The notes under the pieces are model-generated. The model worked only from the letters and a program-made list of their open reading frames with translations, searched no databases and was not told the DNA's origin. Shown here in pieces: positions 61,771 to 64,000 of a DNA stretch of 64,000 nucleotides. This stretch comes from Phoronis australis (Eukaryota; Animalia; Phoronida): assembly GCA_002633005.1 (NCBI GenBank), contig NMRA01000560.1:137407-201406 (forward strand). Direction: 5' to 3'. Every line of letters begins with the position of its first letter. Position 1 is the first letter of the stretch. A program made the position numbers and the translations under genes.

Positions 61771-63419
61771 AAGTATGAATAGAAGAGAATCCCCTTTCTT
61801 GAAGATACCATTTCGCTTCCGGTACTTTAAACTGTAAAAATCTGAAATATTTCTATGGGCATACATGATCTCGACGGAAAATGTGCTTGGCATTCCAAAA
61901 TGACAAGACAAATGAAAATAACGCGCTTTTTGTCTCCAGTAGAAAGGAGAGTTCTGTCGCTGTATATATCCGGGATGGCCCTATTGGCTGACCAGTGTGT
62001 CAGTCAGCCACAATAAAAGACAAATGTTCGTTGCAAAAAGCCCTCCTTCCCGGTGAAAACACAACACATTTCAATTTTGTGTTTACAGTCTCCCCAACAA
62101 TGAATTTCACGTTTGGCCCAAATTGCCAAGTTTGGGCAGTAGTCGAGCATAGCGTCTCTGATTTTAAGAACCAGGCAATCACTCAAGAACGAGACCGTTA
62201 AGTTGATGAAATTGGTTCTCAAAATCAGGGGCCCCTAAGTACGACTTATGTCTTAGTTTGCCACTTGTTGGACACTACCTATGGCAGTGATTACATTCGG
62301 GCAAATCAGCACAATGACTGTCAGGCTTTAAGATCTGATTCACTGCACATTAGAAATTACCTAGGAGTTCTACATAGAGAGTGATAGGCGGTGTACGGTC
62401 GATGTTGTGTCACGTGGCTTGCGATAACGTCTTGCTTATAAGGTACTTAACAGTTTTTTGATCCACGTTTGAATTTACTTGCTCCAATTTCATGAAAAGC
62501 ATCGCTTTTAGTCTATGTGGAGCTGTTGTCAATGGTTTGTTCCGAATCATTTCAAGAAGTTTGTGATCCGAAATCACTGTAAATGATCTTCTGTATAGAT
62601 AGGTGTGGTACCGTTTGATACATAAAGTACAAACTTGTCAAAGATAACGCTCGGTTGTTTGTTTTAGGTAAATTCAGACCTTCAGGTATGAAAGACACAA
62701 ATTTCCGCCGGCTTTCCAGATATTCCCTAAACAATTTGCACGCAATGTGTCAACACAGTTTGAATTGTTGTATGGTGCAGTCCGGGTTTGCAATTCCTGG
62801 GACAGACCTATGCGACGTCATCTATGGAAAGGCTGTGTCACTGAACCGGGATTGTCCGTAACACAAAGGCTGCACAGAAATTCGTTACTGTAAACAGTGT
62901 CTCTGTCACCATTTTAGGTGTCCCTGCGTTCCAGGAGTTGATTAAAGTTAATATGAGTATTACCAGACTGCTGTTGTTCGTTAAACCTAACAAAATTCCA
63001 CTTCAGCCACCACGTAATGACATCGACAAGACCTTCGTTATGCTGGTAATGTTATATTCATAGGCATGTATATATGTGACGCATCACACTACAGTGAAAT
63101 TTAACAGAAAACAGTTTGGATTTCTAAAAAGACTGCCAGTTGGTTGACATTCACTTTTCACCTGATTTCTGTAATCTGGAGAGTTTTGTCAGTCTGAATG
63201 CACTCACTGTCTCTCAATTTGTACTAATCGCAAGCAAATGGTGGCTTTGAGGTGAAAACTGCTTATAATTTGGTTGTTTTGCTCGTTTCTCAAGTAACCG
63301 GCTGCACATCCGGTAGTTGTAAAACATGGAAATTGACTTTGGAATCATTTTCTGTAGACTTTGTGCTTTGTTTTGTGAAGTCTTTGTCCCAGTATACTTT
63401 TATTGTTCATATTTCGTGC

Positions 63420-63725
63420 GTCCTGTTGAAAAGGCTATAGGGAACTACCAAAACCTTGGTCTCTCAAGCCCAACATCAGCAAAAAAGGGTTGAGTGCCAC
63501 CTACATGTAAAGCCTCCCTAATCGAGGGCAATTGCCGATCTTTTTGGACTCTTGACCAGCACGCCAAAAGTCCCGCGGTCAAGTCCCGGCAATGTGGATT
63601 CTTCTACAGTAATGCCCCCGTTGAGAGCCATTGTTCATAATTCCACACAGCCGGGACTACCTGAACCCAGGTTCTTCGGCGTGTGAGACAAGCGTACAAA
63701 CCGATCAGCCAACAGGTGATAGCTG
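63420..63725 (-). mobile_element. tRNA-derived SINE
   Basis: minus strand A-box TGGCTGATCGG, B-box-like GGGTTCAGGT, followed by ~230-bp body. Confidence 0.5.
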
Positions 63726-64000
63726 ACTTTCGTAATCTTAGCCGCGCCATATTGTAATTCCCTAACCGCCGGACGGCGATCTGGGCCCGGTCTCCAATCT
63801 CCGTACTCAGACTCATACTCATACTCGAGATTTCATACTCAAAATCGTGCTCACTGGAGTCGTACTCAAAAAAGCGTATCTAATGTCGGATTTCGAGTAG
63901 ACTCCAAACGTACTCAAATCTGACACTCATACTCGAGTTGCTATGGAACTCTTTATGATGTGAAATGCAAAATCACGCAAAGCCGCGCTGATTCATCGCT

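Overview
Intron-rich metazoan (invertebrate-type) genomic DNA with two N-gaps (8442-8989, 17296-17991); no prokaryotic-style operons, CRISPR arrays or rRNA. Host genes, all on the + strand: (1) the 3' 12 coding exons (220-20453, 903 aa, 5' end upstream of the window) of a TRPC-family cation channel with ankyrin repeats, HxxxCxCxxC zinc motif, S1-S6, EWKFAR TRP box and LKQDISSFRFE coiled coil, but a non-canonical MYW pore helix; (2,3) two tandem 4-exon paralogous GPR157/cAMP-receptor-like 7TM genes (25107-30802, 358 aa; 37624-45222, 369 aa) with identical intron positions and phases; (4) an intronless melatonin-receptor-like class A GPCR (50352-51342) broken by two single-base deletions in homopolymers. 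The rest is a dense, nested mosaic of mobile DNA: a 5.4-kb TIR element in a TRPC intron (internal ~394-bp tandem array, ambiguous ATCCAT/TCCA/CC target duplication), two internally deleted Kolobok elements showing convergent transposase + KolX (P2X7-ballast-like) genes, a TTAA foldback element, a decayed hAT transposase, Penelope-like fragments with hammerhead-ribozyme cores, a divergent THAP gene pair, a Crypton-like hairpin element, SINE heads and many MITEs. A decayed two-exon minus-strand gene downstream of TRPC may encode a helical cytokine-like protein. I do not see firm evidence of a wholly new system; the best leads are the 5.4-kb element, the cytokine-like relic and the atypical TRPC pore.
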